Virus record (IMG/VR): IMGVR_UViG_2529293216_000012
Direction: 5' to 3' (one strand)
From: a virus
Lineage: Duplodnaviria; Heunggongvirae; Uroviricota; Caudoviricetes
DNA: 56,801 nucleotides
Positions within the stretch are counted from its first letter, which is position 1. Each line of letters begins with the position of its first letter. The notes beneath the pieces were generated by a model, which saw only the letters and a program-made list of their open reading frames with translations, did not search any database and was not told where the DNA came from. Positions 10,036-17,489 of the stretch are shown here, piece by piece. The position numbers and the translations under genes were made by a program.

Positions 10036-10046
10036 GGAAAAACAAA

Positions 10047-10577
10047 ATGGCTAAACGTGTTACAAAATTAAAGGCCGCAGCCGAGGCTGCACCGCAGACC
10101 CGCGAAGAAGTCAGCCGCGATATCCGTACCCTGGGCGATATTCAGCGAGAGGCGCTGCGGCTGGAAACGGCGATGAATGATGAAGTGGCAGAAATCACCG
10201 CCCGTTATACGCCGCAGATTGAAAACCTTAAAAAAGAAATCAAAGTGCTTTTTAAGGGGATTCAGGACTGGTGCAAAACCAACCGCGATGAGCTGACGAA
10301 CGGCGGCAAAACCAAAACAGCCAATCTGACCACCGGAACAGTATCATGGCGGCTGGGAAATCCATCATGCAGCGTCAGCCGTGATGTGGAAGGTGTGATT
10401 GAAATGCTGCGCCGTATGGGGCTTGAGCGATTCATCCGCACGAAAGAGGAAGTGAACAAGGAAGCGGTCCTGGCGGAGCCGGATGCAGTGAAAGGCATTG
10501 CCGGTATTAAGGTGAATAAAGGCGCTGAAAGTTTTTATGTCGAGCCTTTTGAACAGGACGCCGGACTGAATAAATAA
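10047..10577 (+). CDS. gam: Mu Gam-like (Ku-like) DNA-end-binding protein, host nuclease inhibitor
   Basis: 176 aa; strong resemblance to Mu Gam (RLETAMNDEVAEITARY...DELTNGGKTKTANLTTGTVSWR...ERFIRTKEEVNKEA). Confidence 0.9.
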   Translation: MAKRVTKLKAAAEAAPQTREEVSRDIRTLGDIQREALRLETAMNDEVAEITARYTPQIENLKKEIKVLFKGIQDWCKTNRDELTNGGKTKTANLTTGTVSWRLGNPSCSVSRDVEGVIEMLRRMGLERFIRTKEEVNKEAVLAEPDAVKGIAGIKVNKGAESFYVEPFEQDAGLNK

Positions 10578-10674
10578 CACCGCATTAAATCTTTAAATAT
10601 CACATCGTTTTAAGTATGGCGCTCGCGTCAGGGGACTGCCTGCGCCTGTAAACTGAAAATAAGGAACAGGATAT

Positions 10675-11217
10675 ATGGCATATTTTTATTTCAAATTAGA
10701 CCGTGTGCAGACAAATAAATATTTCACCAAATATCAACAGACTGTTTTACCGCTACGCAACAGTATTCTTCGGGCATTACTGAAAAATACAGGCGCTGCC
10801 GGATTGCGCTTAAAGCCGTTCGCCATGGACGTAATCAGTGAGTTTTATTTTTCTGGTTCTCTGCCTGCGGGCTGGCGTAAGCGCGATGATGTGGCTTTTA
10901 TCGGGGACGGACCGTGCTTTATTGCCAGACCTGATGAGTCATGCCCTGAAGGTCCGGCGATTGCCGCAATGATTGAAACCGCTGAACGTGAGTTAAGAAA
11001 GCGTCCTGATTTCCTTGTCTGGCTCTGTGAAAAGCTGGGGGTAATGAGAATCCCCTCCATGTTTAACACGGACTCCTGGTGGACCCCGTCGCTCTCCCGT
11101 GATGCCCTGTGCGTGGTGTTTAAAGTAGGCGCTTATGGCAGGGAAATAAAAGGGGGTATTCCTGAAGAATGCCAGGAAATTAAACATTCTGAATATGTGG
11201 CGCTGACGGAGGAATAA
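10675..11217 (+). CDS. hypothetical protein (accessory region)
   Basis: 180 aa ORF with an upstream GGA-rich RBS region; no family recognised. Confidence 0.55.
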   Translation: MAYFYFKLDRVQTNKYFTKYQQTVLPLRNSILRALLKNTGAAGLRLKPFAMDVISEFYFSGSLPAGWRKRDDVAFIGDGPCFIARPDESCPEGPAIAAMIETAERELRKRPDFLVWLCEKLGVMRIPSMFNTDSWWTPSLSRDALCVVFKVGAYGREIKGGIPEECQEIKHSEYVALTEE

Positions 11218-11220
11218 TTC

Positions 11221-11754
11221 ATGATTGATGCAAAAGTGCTTGAAGGGGTTAAAAGCTGGCTGCGTTTTTCTGGCCGTCTGACCAGTCGTTCTCTGGCAGA
11301 AAAAATGAATATGCCGCTATCCTCCATGGTTTATTTTCTGCGTGATGCGGTCGATGCCGGGGTGCTGACGGACCGTAACGGTTTTTATGATATTCCGCGT
11401 CCCCGCCCGGTGCAGGCGGTTCGTCGCAAATGCAGCCAGGAAGGTGCGGCTGATGATGTTCAGTGGTGCAGCTTCAGAAAATCCCTGCCGTGGATTGAGG
11501 GGCATGATATTCCGTCGATGGCGTGGGAATTTGCTCAGGGAGTACTGACCTGCGAAACCGTTTATGTGGTGGCTGAAGTTGATGAGCAGGCCATGAAAGA
11601 AGGCGTGCCCCAGTTTGTGATGGCGTATATCGACATTCGCCTGGGCGTCATTATCTGCGGCTTAAGCGGCTGGAACATCACCGGGCGCGTTCTGCGTTAC
11701 CTGATTATTGACCGGACAGCGGCATCGGCAGGGATATCTGCGGAGGTGGCGTAA
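11221..11754 (+). CDS. hypothetical protein with N-terminal winged-helix-like segment
   Basis: 177 aa; starts 4 nt after the upstream stop; N-terminus LTSRSLAEKMNMPLSSMVYFLRDAVDAGVL looks like an HTH. Confidence 0.55.
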   Translation: MIDAKVLEGVKSWLRFSGRLTSRSLAEKMNMPLSSMVYFLRDAVDAGVLTDRNGFYDIPRPRPVQAVRRKCSQEGAADDVQWCSFRKSLPWIEGHDIPSMAWEFAQGVLTCETVYVVAEVDEQAMKEGVPQFVMAYIDIRLGVIICGLSGWNITGRVLRYLIIDRTAASAGISAEVA

Positions 11755-12269
11755 TGTTCTTTAAAACATCAAACCCTTCCGCGCTGGCTGCGTGGCAAAA
11801 ATACCAGCAGGACTGCCAGAAAGTTAAGGATGAGGCAAAACGCCTTGAGGCCGTGCTGAATGTTGCGTGCCGGTCGGTATTTGTATCCGGTATCAGTGGA
11901 TTTTGCTTTAAGGGACTGCGTTTTACGGAGGACAAATATCCTTTTCATCGCGACTTATGGCGAAAACCGACTGCGTCGAATGGCTGGAGCTGCACACCGC
12001 GCACATCACGTATCCCTAAAACCCTGCGTGTTGCCTCTGATGAACTGAACAGTCTGTGGCGTGAATATTCGCCCGTCACGTATGCCAGAACCGATGCGCT
12101 GTTGTTCTGGCTGGGTATTGATTTCTCGGCAATCCTGTTTGGCCCTGTGAAGTGGTTCTGCGTTGACGATGTGATTTACCTTCAGTGCGGCGTAAAACCC
12201 GCAAAACAGAAAATGACCGAAATACTGTCTGATGAGTTTTATGCTGCTGAAAAGCGAGTCAGGGGGTGA
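11754..12269 (+). CDS. hypothetical protein (accessory region)
   Basis: 171 aa; start overlaps the upstream stop; no family recognised. Confidence 0.55.
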   Translation: MFFKTSNPSALAAWQKYQQDCQKVKDEAKRLEAVLNVACRSVFVSGISGFCFKGLRFTEDKYPFHRDLWRKPTASNGWSCTPRTSRIPKTLRVASDELNSLWREYSPVTYARTDALLFWLGIDFSAILFGPVKWFCVDDVIYLQCGVKPAKQKMTEILSDEFYAAEKRVRG

Positions 12270-12272
12270 TGC

Positions 12273-12824
12273 ATGATGAAATTACAACCCATGGGACTAA
12301 AAGGTCGCGCCCCCGCTCATGTCCGTCCGTGGACACCTGAAGAAGATGCGCTGCTGATTGCGCTTTATTCATCCACCCCGGTTAAGGATATTGCTGCCAG
12401 AATAAAAAGAACTGTCTGGGCTGTATATAACCGGACTGGTGTATTGCGCAGTTCATACCCGGAGTTACTGAAATATAAACACCCAAGATTTACACCTGAT
12501 GAAGATAAGTTTATTCGAAAAAATGCCAGAACAATGACCTGCCAGCAAATGGGAGAATATCTCGGACGTAATAAAGATTCTGTCAGATGTCGGGCAGGAA
12601 TGATTGGTGCTGGATTAACAAAGTGCGGAGAGTTACGCCCCGGCACGCGCATATCTGATGATGATGTACGTCTTATACGTGCGCTGCGTGATTCCGATTA
12701 CCCACGCCGTCTGTCATTCCGGGAAATTGGCGAAAAGTTTGGAATATCTGAACATTCTGCTCACGCAGTTTATTACCGTCGCCGGACTGCCGAGGACGCT
12801 GTATTACGGGAGTTAACGCCATGA
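12273..12824 (+). CDS. hypothetical DNA-binding protein with two Myb/SANT-like repeats and a C-terminal HTH
   Basis: 183 aa; RPWTPEEDALLIALY and RFTPDEDKFIRKN repeats, then LSFREIGEKFGISEHSAHAVYYRR. Confidence 0.55.
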   Translation: MMKLQPMGLKGRAPAHVRPWTPEEDALLIALYSSTPVKDIAARIKRTVWAVYNRTGVLRSSYPELLKYKHPRFTPDEDKFIRKNARTMTCQQMGEYLGRNKDSVRCRAGMIGAGLTKCGELRPGTRISDDDVRLIRALRDSDYPRRLSFREIGEKFGISEHSAHAVYYRRRTAEDAVLRELTP

Positions 12825-13006
12825 TAAAGAGACTTGTATTTTTCGCAATTTTCGTTCCGGTGTTGGGGGGTGGTTTTATATTTGCGATTACAGGAAACCT
12901 GTCCATGATGCCAGATATTTGGTTCTTTATCAGGATGTCGCTCTTCCTGTTTATTATGAATCTTCTTATCGACATATATATCCGTATTACTGGAAAACAT
13001 AAATGA
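12821..13006 (+). CDS. small hydrophobic protein (two predicted TM helices)
   Basis: 61 aa, strongly hydrophobic (LVFFAIFVPVLGGGFIFAI / FFIRMSLFLFIMNLLI); overlaps neighbours by 4 nt; AT-rich. Confidence 0.45.
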   Translation: MIKRLVFFAIFVPVLGGGFIFAITGNLSMMPDIWFFIRMSLFLFIMNLLIDIYIRITGKHK

Positions 13007-13377
13007 GAAAAATCACGTCCTTGTCAGAGTTACAGGAGATGAATATGAGTATTGAATTAAGATCGTCTTATGAGTATCGCAAATTTCTTATCGCCGGAGG
13101 CATGAAACCGGAAGATGTGGAAAAAATCGTTTCTTTTATGGATAAGGAATGTGATAAGCGGGATGTGTCAGAAATTATTATGGATGACATGATTCTGGAT
13201 TCAGTCGTGGCGTTAAGTCCGTTATGGATTGTGCATTCTCTTGCGGAAATTGCCAAAGGCACCGATAAACAGGCAGCTGTTGCTGCCCTTCAGACGCTTA
13301 ATGAAATGCGTATATCTCCACGCCCGACATTAATACAGATGATTTTGTCCAGTATGGAGGATAAAGCAAATGAATAG
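13003..13377 (+). CDS. hypothetical acidic protein
   Basis: 124 aa, translationally coupled, AT-rich codon usage unlike the flanking phage genes. Confidence 0.5.
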   Translation: MRKITSLSELQEMNMSIELRSSYEYRKFLIAGGMKPEDVEKIVSFMDKECDKRDVSEIIMDDMILDSVVALSPLWIVHSLAEIAKGTDKQAAVAALQTLNEMRISPRPTLIQMILSSMEDKANE

Positions 13378-13567
13378 TCTACCCGCTGGATGGGCGCGCC
13401 CTCTGATGGCTAAGAAGCATCATTTTTTTAAAACTGGCGATAATATCAGTATATGTAGGCGGTGGTTATATCTGGCTCATAATCGCGAGCCGGATACATT
13501 TGAAAGCCCTGATGACTGTGCCGAATGTCGCAGAAGACTGAATAAGGAGAAAGATAATGGACAATAG
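13370..13567 (+). CDS. small hypothetical protein with Cys pairs (possible zinc ribbon)
   Basis: 65 aa; ICRRW...DDCAECRRR; overlaps neighbours. Confidence 0.4.
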   Translation: MNSLPAGWARPLMAKKHHFFKTGDNISICRRWLYLAHNREPDTFESPDDCAECRRRLNKEKDNGQ

Positions 13568-13853
13568 TTCTCTGTTGTTCTGGTGCTTATATATCACATC
13601 CTTTTTCGGCGCATTTGTTATTACCCGGTGGTTATGTCGAAAAATCATCTGCTTTTTTGATAAAAGACATCTGGTTGAACGGGCGGCTGATGCGCTCATT
13701 CAGCAGGCCATTGTGTTATATAGCGGTGAATTTTTCTGCCGGATAACAACCAGAGATGGCTGGCACATAATGATTATTCCACCAACACACCATGCCCGGT
13801 GGGATGAGGCAGAAAAGGCTTTCCATGTCCGTAAAAAGGTAAATACGGTATGA
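13557..13853 (+). CDS. hypothetical protein with N-terminal TM helix
   Basis: 98 aa; LLFWCLYITSFFGAFVI hydrophobic N-terminus; overlaps the gemA-like start. Confidence 0.45.
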   Translation: MDNSSLLFWCLYITSFFGAFVITRWLCRKIICFFDKRHLVERAADALIQQAIVLYSGEFFCRITTRDGWHIMIIPPTHHARWDEAEKAFHVRKKVNTV

Positions 13854-14359
13854 GAGGAAAACTGATATCCGCCATTCATGTGGCAAAGCGCGAGCTTGCC
13901 CTGGATGATGAGACTTATACATCCGCGCTGCTGGCAGCCACCGGCAAAACCAGCTGCCGGGATATGTCACCGGATGAGTTATCCCGCGTGCTGGATGTTT
14001 TCAAAAAACGCGGTTTTAAAGTGCGTCAGAACCCGGTTAACCGGGCCTTAAAACCGGGTACGGTGACCGCCAAAATTCGCGCCATCTGGAAGGTGATGCA
14101 CCGGCAGGGCTTTATCACCGATGGTGCGGAAACCGCCCTTAACCGCTGGGTGAAATCGCAGACGGCCGCGCAAAACGGCGGCGAAGGTGTGGCAAACTGG
14201 CAGTGGCTGGAGCAACACCCCGCCCTGGCCTCAGATGTGCTGGAGCGTCTCAAGCGATGGCACCGCCGCAAAATGCTGGCCGCGATGGGAATGCCCGAAC
14301 GCACGCTGATGGGGTATGACGCCGTTTGCAGGCAGTATGAAAAATCACTTCCCCGTTAA
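13850..14359 (+). CDS. gemA: Mu GemA/gp16-like regulatory protein (DUF1018)
   Basis: 169 aa; position immediately before mor and similarity to Mu gp16. Confidence 0.75.
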   Translation: MRGKLISAIHVAKRELALDDETYTSALLAATGKTSCRDMSPDELSRVLDVFKKRGFKVRQNPVNRALKPGTVTAKIRAIWKVMHRQGFITDGAETALNRWVKSQTAAQNGGEGVANWQWLEQHPALASDVLERLKRWHRRKMLAAMGMPERTLMGYDAVCRQYEKSLPR

Positions 14360-14363
14360 CTCC

Positions 14364-14394
14364 AAATCCCGCCACAACGCGGGATTTTTATTTT
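14364..14394 (+). terminator. rho-independent terminator-like hairpin between gemA and mor
   Basis: ATCCCGC-cacaac-GCGGGAT 7-bp stem (14366-14385) followed by TTTTTATTTT. Confidence 0.5.
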
Positions 14395-14428
14395 AAACTT
14401 ACCGGGAACGCGAGAACCGGAGGCTGAT

Positions 14429-14854
14429 ATGGCAGAAACTCAGATGAGCATGTTTGGTGGTGACAGTGAGCAACTGCACGCCCTTATCGACCGCCTTGAT
14501 GACATCCCTGATGATGTTCTCAAAAAGAACTGGCCGCGGACCCTGTCAGAACTGGTTGAAGTCACCGGCGCAGAACTTCAGCGTCAGGGGATTGAGCCGG
14601 TACTGGCCGGTAAACTGGCACGCAAGGTGGCTGCGGCTCAGGCAGCCTATATGGGCGGACGGGGTTATTACCTGCCGGTCGGGGAATCTCTCTTTGCCGA
14701 GCTGCGAAACAATGAGATATTTTCGCGCTGGGACCGGGGCGAGAAAATTGAATCCCTTCGCCGCCATTACCGGATGTCAGAAACCCAGATTTATACCGTC
14801 ATACGCGAACAGCGCCGTCTGCATCTGGCAAGAACGCAACCGCCACTTTTCTGA
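14429..14854 (+). CDS. mor: Mor/C-family transcriptional activator
   Basis: 141 aa; C-terminal HTH (YRMSETQIYTVIREQRR) typical of Mu Mor/C; precedes the lysis and late genes. Confidence 0.82.
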   Translation: MAETQMSMFGGDSEQLHALIDRLDDIPDDVLKKNWPRTLSELVEVTGAELQRQGIEPVLAGKLARKVAAAQAAYMGGRGYYLPVGESLFAELRNNEIFSRWDRGEKIESLRRHYRMSETQIYTVIREQRRLHLARTQPPLF

Positions 14855-14925
14855 TATTCCGCAAAGCCTGCCGCCTCTCCTTCACCGTTACGCTGACTCA
14901 GAGAACATCATGAGACAGCGTAACA

Positions 14926-15426
14926 ATGCCAAAACTCCCCGCACCACTGCGTAAAAAGCTGATTGCCCTTGTTCTGGCCGGTGCCGGGACGTTCACGATT
15001 GCCACGCATTACACCGGTTACTGGGAAGGGAAAGAAAACTCCACGTATATCGATCCCACCGGTACACCCACCATCTGTTACGGCCATACCGGCCCGGATG
15101 TGAAACCGGGTATGACCCTGACAGATGAAGAATGCCTGGAACTACTGGAAAAGGACATGAAATGGGCCTTTGCGGCCATTGATCGGCGTGTTCAGGTGCC
15201 GCTTACCCGTGGTCAGACGGTGGCGCTGGCTTCGTGGATCTTCTGGGCCGGTGAAACGAACTTTCGCAACTCCACGCTTCTGCGCCTGATCAATGCCGGG
15301 CAGATGCCCGCGTCCTGTAAGCAGTATATCCGCTGGATTTATTCAAAGGGGGTGAAACTCCCCGGCCTTGAGGCCCGCCGTTCGGCGGATGAATGGTTAT
15401 GTCGCTACGACTTGCCGAAAGTCTGA
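14926..15426 (+). CDS. lys: SAR-type endolysin (T4-lysozyme fold, GH24)
   Basis: 166 aa; N-terminal Gly/Ala-rich weakly hydrophobic segment (LIALVLAGAGTFTIA), then catalytic E-8aa-D-5aa-T triad (EGKENSTYIDPTGTPT). Confidence 0.82.
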   Translation: MPKLPAPLRKKLIALVLAGAGTFTIATHYTGYWEGKENSTYIDPTGTPTICYGHTGPDVKPGMTLTDEECLELLEKDMKWAFAAIDRRVQVPLTRGQTVALASWIFWAGETNFRNSTLLRLINAGQMPASCKQYIRWIYSKGVKLPGLEARRSADEWLCRYDLPKV

Positions 15427-15499
15427 ACCGCTTCTGGCGACCGCTCATGATAGCGCTGCTGTGTGCGGTACTGCTGTTACGGGGTGTCCTGTGGCTGCG

Positions 15500-15889
15500 G
15501 TGAATAATGCCTTACCGGCCCTGATTGCCGGGGCGTGCATGGCGGCGCTGGGGATTATCGCTGTACTGGTTGCCGCTATATGGGGAATGCACCAGAAGAC
15601 GCAGCGCCTTGAAGACAATAATCAGGTGCTTGTGCGTGAGCGGGATGAGGCGCGTCAGGTGCTGGCAAATCAGCAGCACACCCTGCAACTCATTTCACAA
15701 ATCAGTGAGGCGGCCACGAATGAAAAACAACAGAACATTCAGCACAGCGAGGGGCAGCAGAGCGTTGTCCGCCGGTCGCTGGCGGCAGTGCCTGCGGCCT
15801 CTGCCCCTGTTCCTGATGATGTGGCTGATCGGGTGCGCCGGGCCGTCTGTGAAATACGTGCCTGTGAAGCCGGTGCCGATCCCCGCTGA
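15500..15889 (+). CDS. i-spanin (Rz-like), start uncertain
   Basis: Track ORF 15368..15889; N-terminal TM (LPALIAGACMAALGIIAVLVAAIW) then coiled-coil-like periplasmic domain; GTG at 15500 chosen, GTG 15491 or ATG 15389 also possible. Confidence 0.5.
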   Translation: MNNALPALIAGACMAALGIIAVLVAAIWGMHQKTQRLEDNNQVLVRERDEARQVLANQQHTLQLISQISEAATNEKQQNIQHSEGQQSVVRRSLAAVPAASAPVPDDVADRVRRAVCEIRACEAGADPR

Positions 15890-16091
15890 ATGGCTGGCTG
15901 ACTGCCTGGTCCCTCCTGCGCCGGAGCCGTTCACGTTTGGGGCATCGGTCACTTACAACCTGCAACTGCTGGCGGTGATCAAGAACTGCAACGTGGACAA
16001 GGCCAGTATTCGTCGTCTGGAGGCGCGGCGACAACATGAATTTACTGATATGGCCGGAACGCCTGCTGTTCCGGCAGGAAAGACGAAGTAA
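15720..16091 (+). CDS. o-spanin (Rz1-like lipoprotein) in the +1 frame overlapping the i-spanin
   Basis: Internal ATG of track ORF 15525..16091 with GAGG RBS; lipobox LIGC, Pro-rich mature part (VKYVPVKPVPIPAEW...PPAPEP); extends past the i-spanin stop. Confidence 0.5.
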   Translation: MKNNRTFSTARGSRALSAGRWRQCLRPLPLFLMMWLIGCAGPSVKYVPVKPVPIPAEWLADCLVPPAPEPFTFGASVTYNLQLLAVIKNCNVDKASIRRLEARRQHEFTDMAGTPAVPAGKTK

Positions 16092-16101
16092 GGAAAAAGG
16101 T

Positions 16102-16329
16102 ATGGATGATTCAGATCGTGCTCAGGCTGTGATGGAGCGGGGATCAGAACGCGCCCTTTGTAACCGGCTGACACGTAAGCGCCGGGCAATGGATGCTCCG
16201 GGCAGACGTGTCTGCGCGGACTGTGGCGGAGAGATCCCCGCCGCACGTCTTGTTGCTGTGCCGGATGCCATCCGTTGTGTGAACTGCCAGAACATCATGG
16301 AGGCCCGTCATGTGGGTCAGCATCGTTAA
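16102..16329 (+). CDS. TraR/DksA-family C4 zinc-finger protein
   Basis: Internal ATG (MDDSDRAQAVMERGSERAL...CADCGGEI...CVNCQ) with AGGAAAAAGG RBS; four-Cys finger typical of phage TraR-like proteins. Confidence 0.7.
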   Translation: MDDSDRAQAVMERGSERALCNRLTRKRRAMDAPGRRVCADCGGEIPAARLVAVPDAIRCVNCQNIMEARHVGQHR

Positions 16330-16618
16330 AGATTATGTTGTGCCGATCCTTTCGGCGACGGCAACCGCTGGCGGGATATTCATGGCGCTGATGCGCAAAA
16401 CGTTTGTCCCCCGCGAGGCCTTTGAAAAACTCTCCGACCGCGTTGAGAAGGTGGAAACCCGCCTGTCGTCACTGCCGACAGAAGCCGAGGTCAACCGTCT
16501 GAATGTGGAAATCGTGACCCTGCGGGGTGAACTGAAAACCACGAACGCCACGCTCCGCTCTGTCTCCTATCAGAACGAACTGCTGCTGGAGCAGGCTGTA
16601 AGGAAAAAAACGCAATGA
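16310..16618 (+). CDS. DUF2730-like membrane protein, candidate Mu gp25-type releasin
   Basis: 102 aa; N-terminal TM (VVPILSATATAGGIFMALM) then helical domain; last gene of the lysis cassette as in Mu. Confidence 0.45.
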   Translation: MWVSIVKDYVVPILSATATAGGIFMALMRKTFVPREAFEKLSDRVEKVETRLSSLPTEAEVNRLNVEIVTLRGELKTTNATLRSVSYQNELLLEQAVRKKTQ

Positions 16619-16905
16619 GTGATTTCATTACTGAAGATCAGCGTCTGGTCATTCTGCGGTCGCTGGCAGATTACAACGGTGAACTGGGTGAATCCGTGCT
16701 CCAGGACTGTCTGGATGATTACGGCCACCGCGTGTCCCGCGACACCGTTCACACCCACATTGCCTGGCTTGCCGAGCAGGGACTGGTGCGTAAGCGCACG
16801 CTCGTTAACGGTTATTTCATCGCCGAACTGACCGGCCGGGGTCAGGATGTGGCGGAAGGTCGCGCCAGCGTTCCGGGTGTGAAGAAACCACGCGCAAGGG
16901 GGTAA
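16615..16905 (+). CDS. hypothetical Mu-like late protein
   Basis: 96 aa, translationally coupled between the lysis cassette and the packaging genes. Confidence 0.5.
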   Translation: MSDFITEDQRLVILRSLADYNGELGESVLQDCLDDYGHRVSRDTVHTHIAWLAEQGLVRKRTLVNGYFIAELTGRGQDVAEGRASVPGVKKPRARG

Positions 16906-16907
16906 CG

Positions 16908-17489
16908 ATGGACAAGCCGACGCGTGGACGCGTGCGCAAGGTGGATTTGCTCCCCGACAGCATCCGTAAGCCACTGCTGGAAATGCTGCGTGAAAAACGT
17001 CTGACGCAGGTCCAGATACGCGAGGAAATCAACCGTCTGATCCGTGAGGCGGGCCTGCCGGAAGAGCAGCAGCTTTCACCGGCGGCCATCAGCCGGGAAG
17101 CCTCCCGTAATGAGCTGATTGCCCGTAACCTGCGTGATTTACGCGAGCAGACAAAAGCCATGATGGCCGAACTGGGAGACAAGCCAACCGGTGAAACCAC
17201 AGCGCTGATTCTGGAGATGTCCCGCGCCCTGATGTACCGCCGTCTGCGTGCCGCGACCGAATCCCTGAACAGTGACAGCGACGTGGATATGCGTCTTATT
17301 AAGGACATCCTCCTGTCAGCACAGCGTGCGGAAAGTGCCGCCGAGCGCAGCATTAAGCGTGAAAAAGAAATCCGGGCTGCATTTGCTGAAGAGATGGCAA
17401 ACGCCGTCACCGACGAGCTGCGCGGCGTGGACGGGATGAGTGAACAGCTTGAGTCCCGTATTAAGGGGATTCTGTTGGGTAAAGCCTGA
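16908..17489 (+). CDS. Mu gp27-like protein (DUF3486; terminase small subunit candidate)
   Basis: 193 aa, basic N-terminus with HTH-like segment, immediately upstream of the large terminase. Confidence 0.65.
   Translation: MDKPTRGRVRKVDLLPDSIRKPLLEMLREKRLTQVQIREEINRLIREAGLPEEQQLSPAAISREASRNELIARNLRDLREQTKAMMAELGDKPTGETTALILEMSRALMYRRLRAATESLNSDSDVDMRLIKDILLSAQRAESAAERSIKREKEIRAAFAEEMANAVTDELRGVDGMSEQLESRIKGILLGKA

Noticed and set aside
15368-15499. Long N-terminal extension of the i-spanin ORF overlapping the endolysin 3' end
   Set aside because: Would place about 40 cytoplasmic residues before the TM helix, unlike known i-spanins; an internal GTG start nearer the TM segment is more plausible, though unconfirmed.
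16817-17410. 197-aa minus-strand ORF antisense to the Mu gp27-like gene
   Set aside because: Arg/Ser-rich low-complexity translation, fully antisense to a well-supported coding gene; typical spurious ORF in GC-rich DNA.
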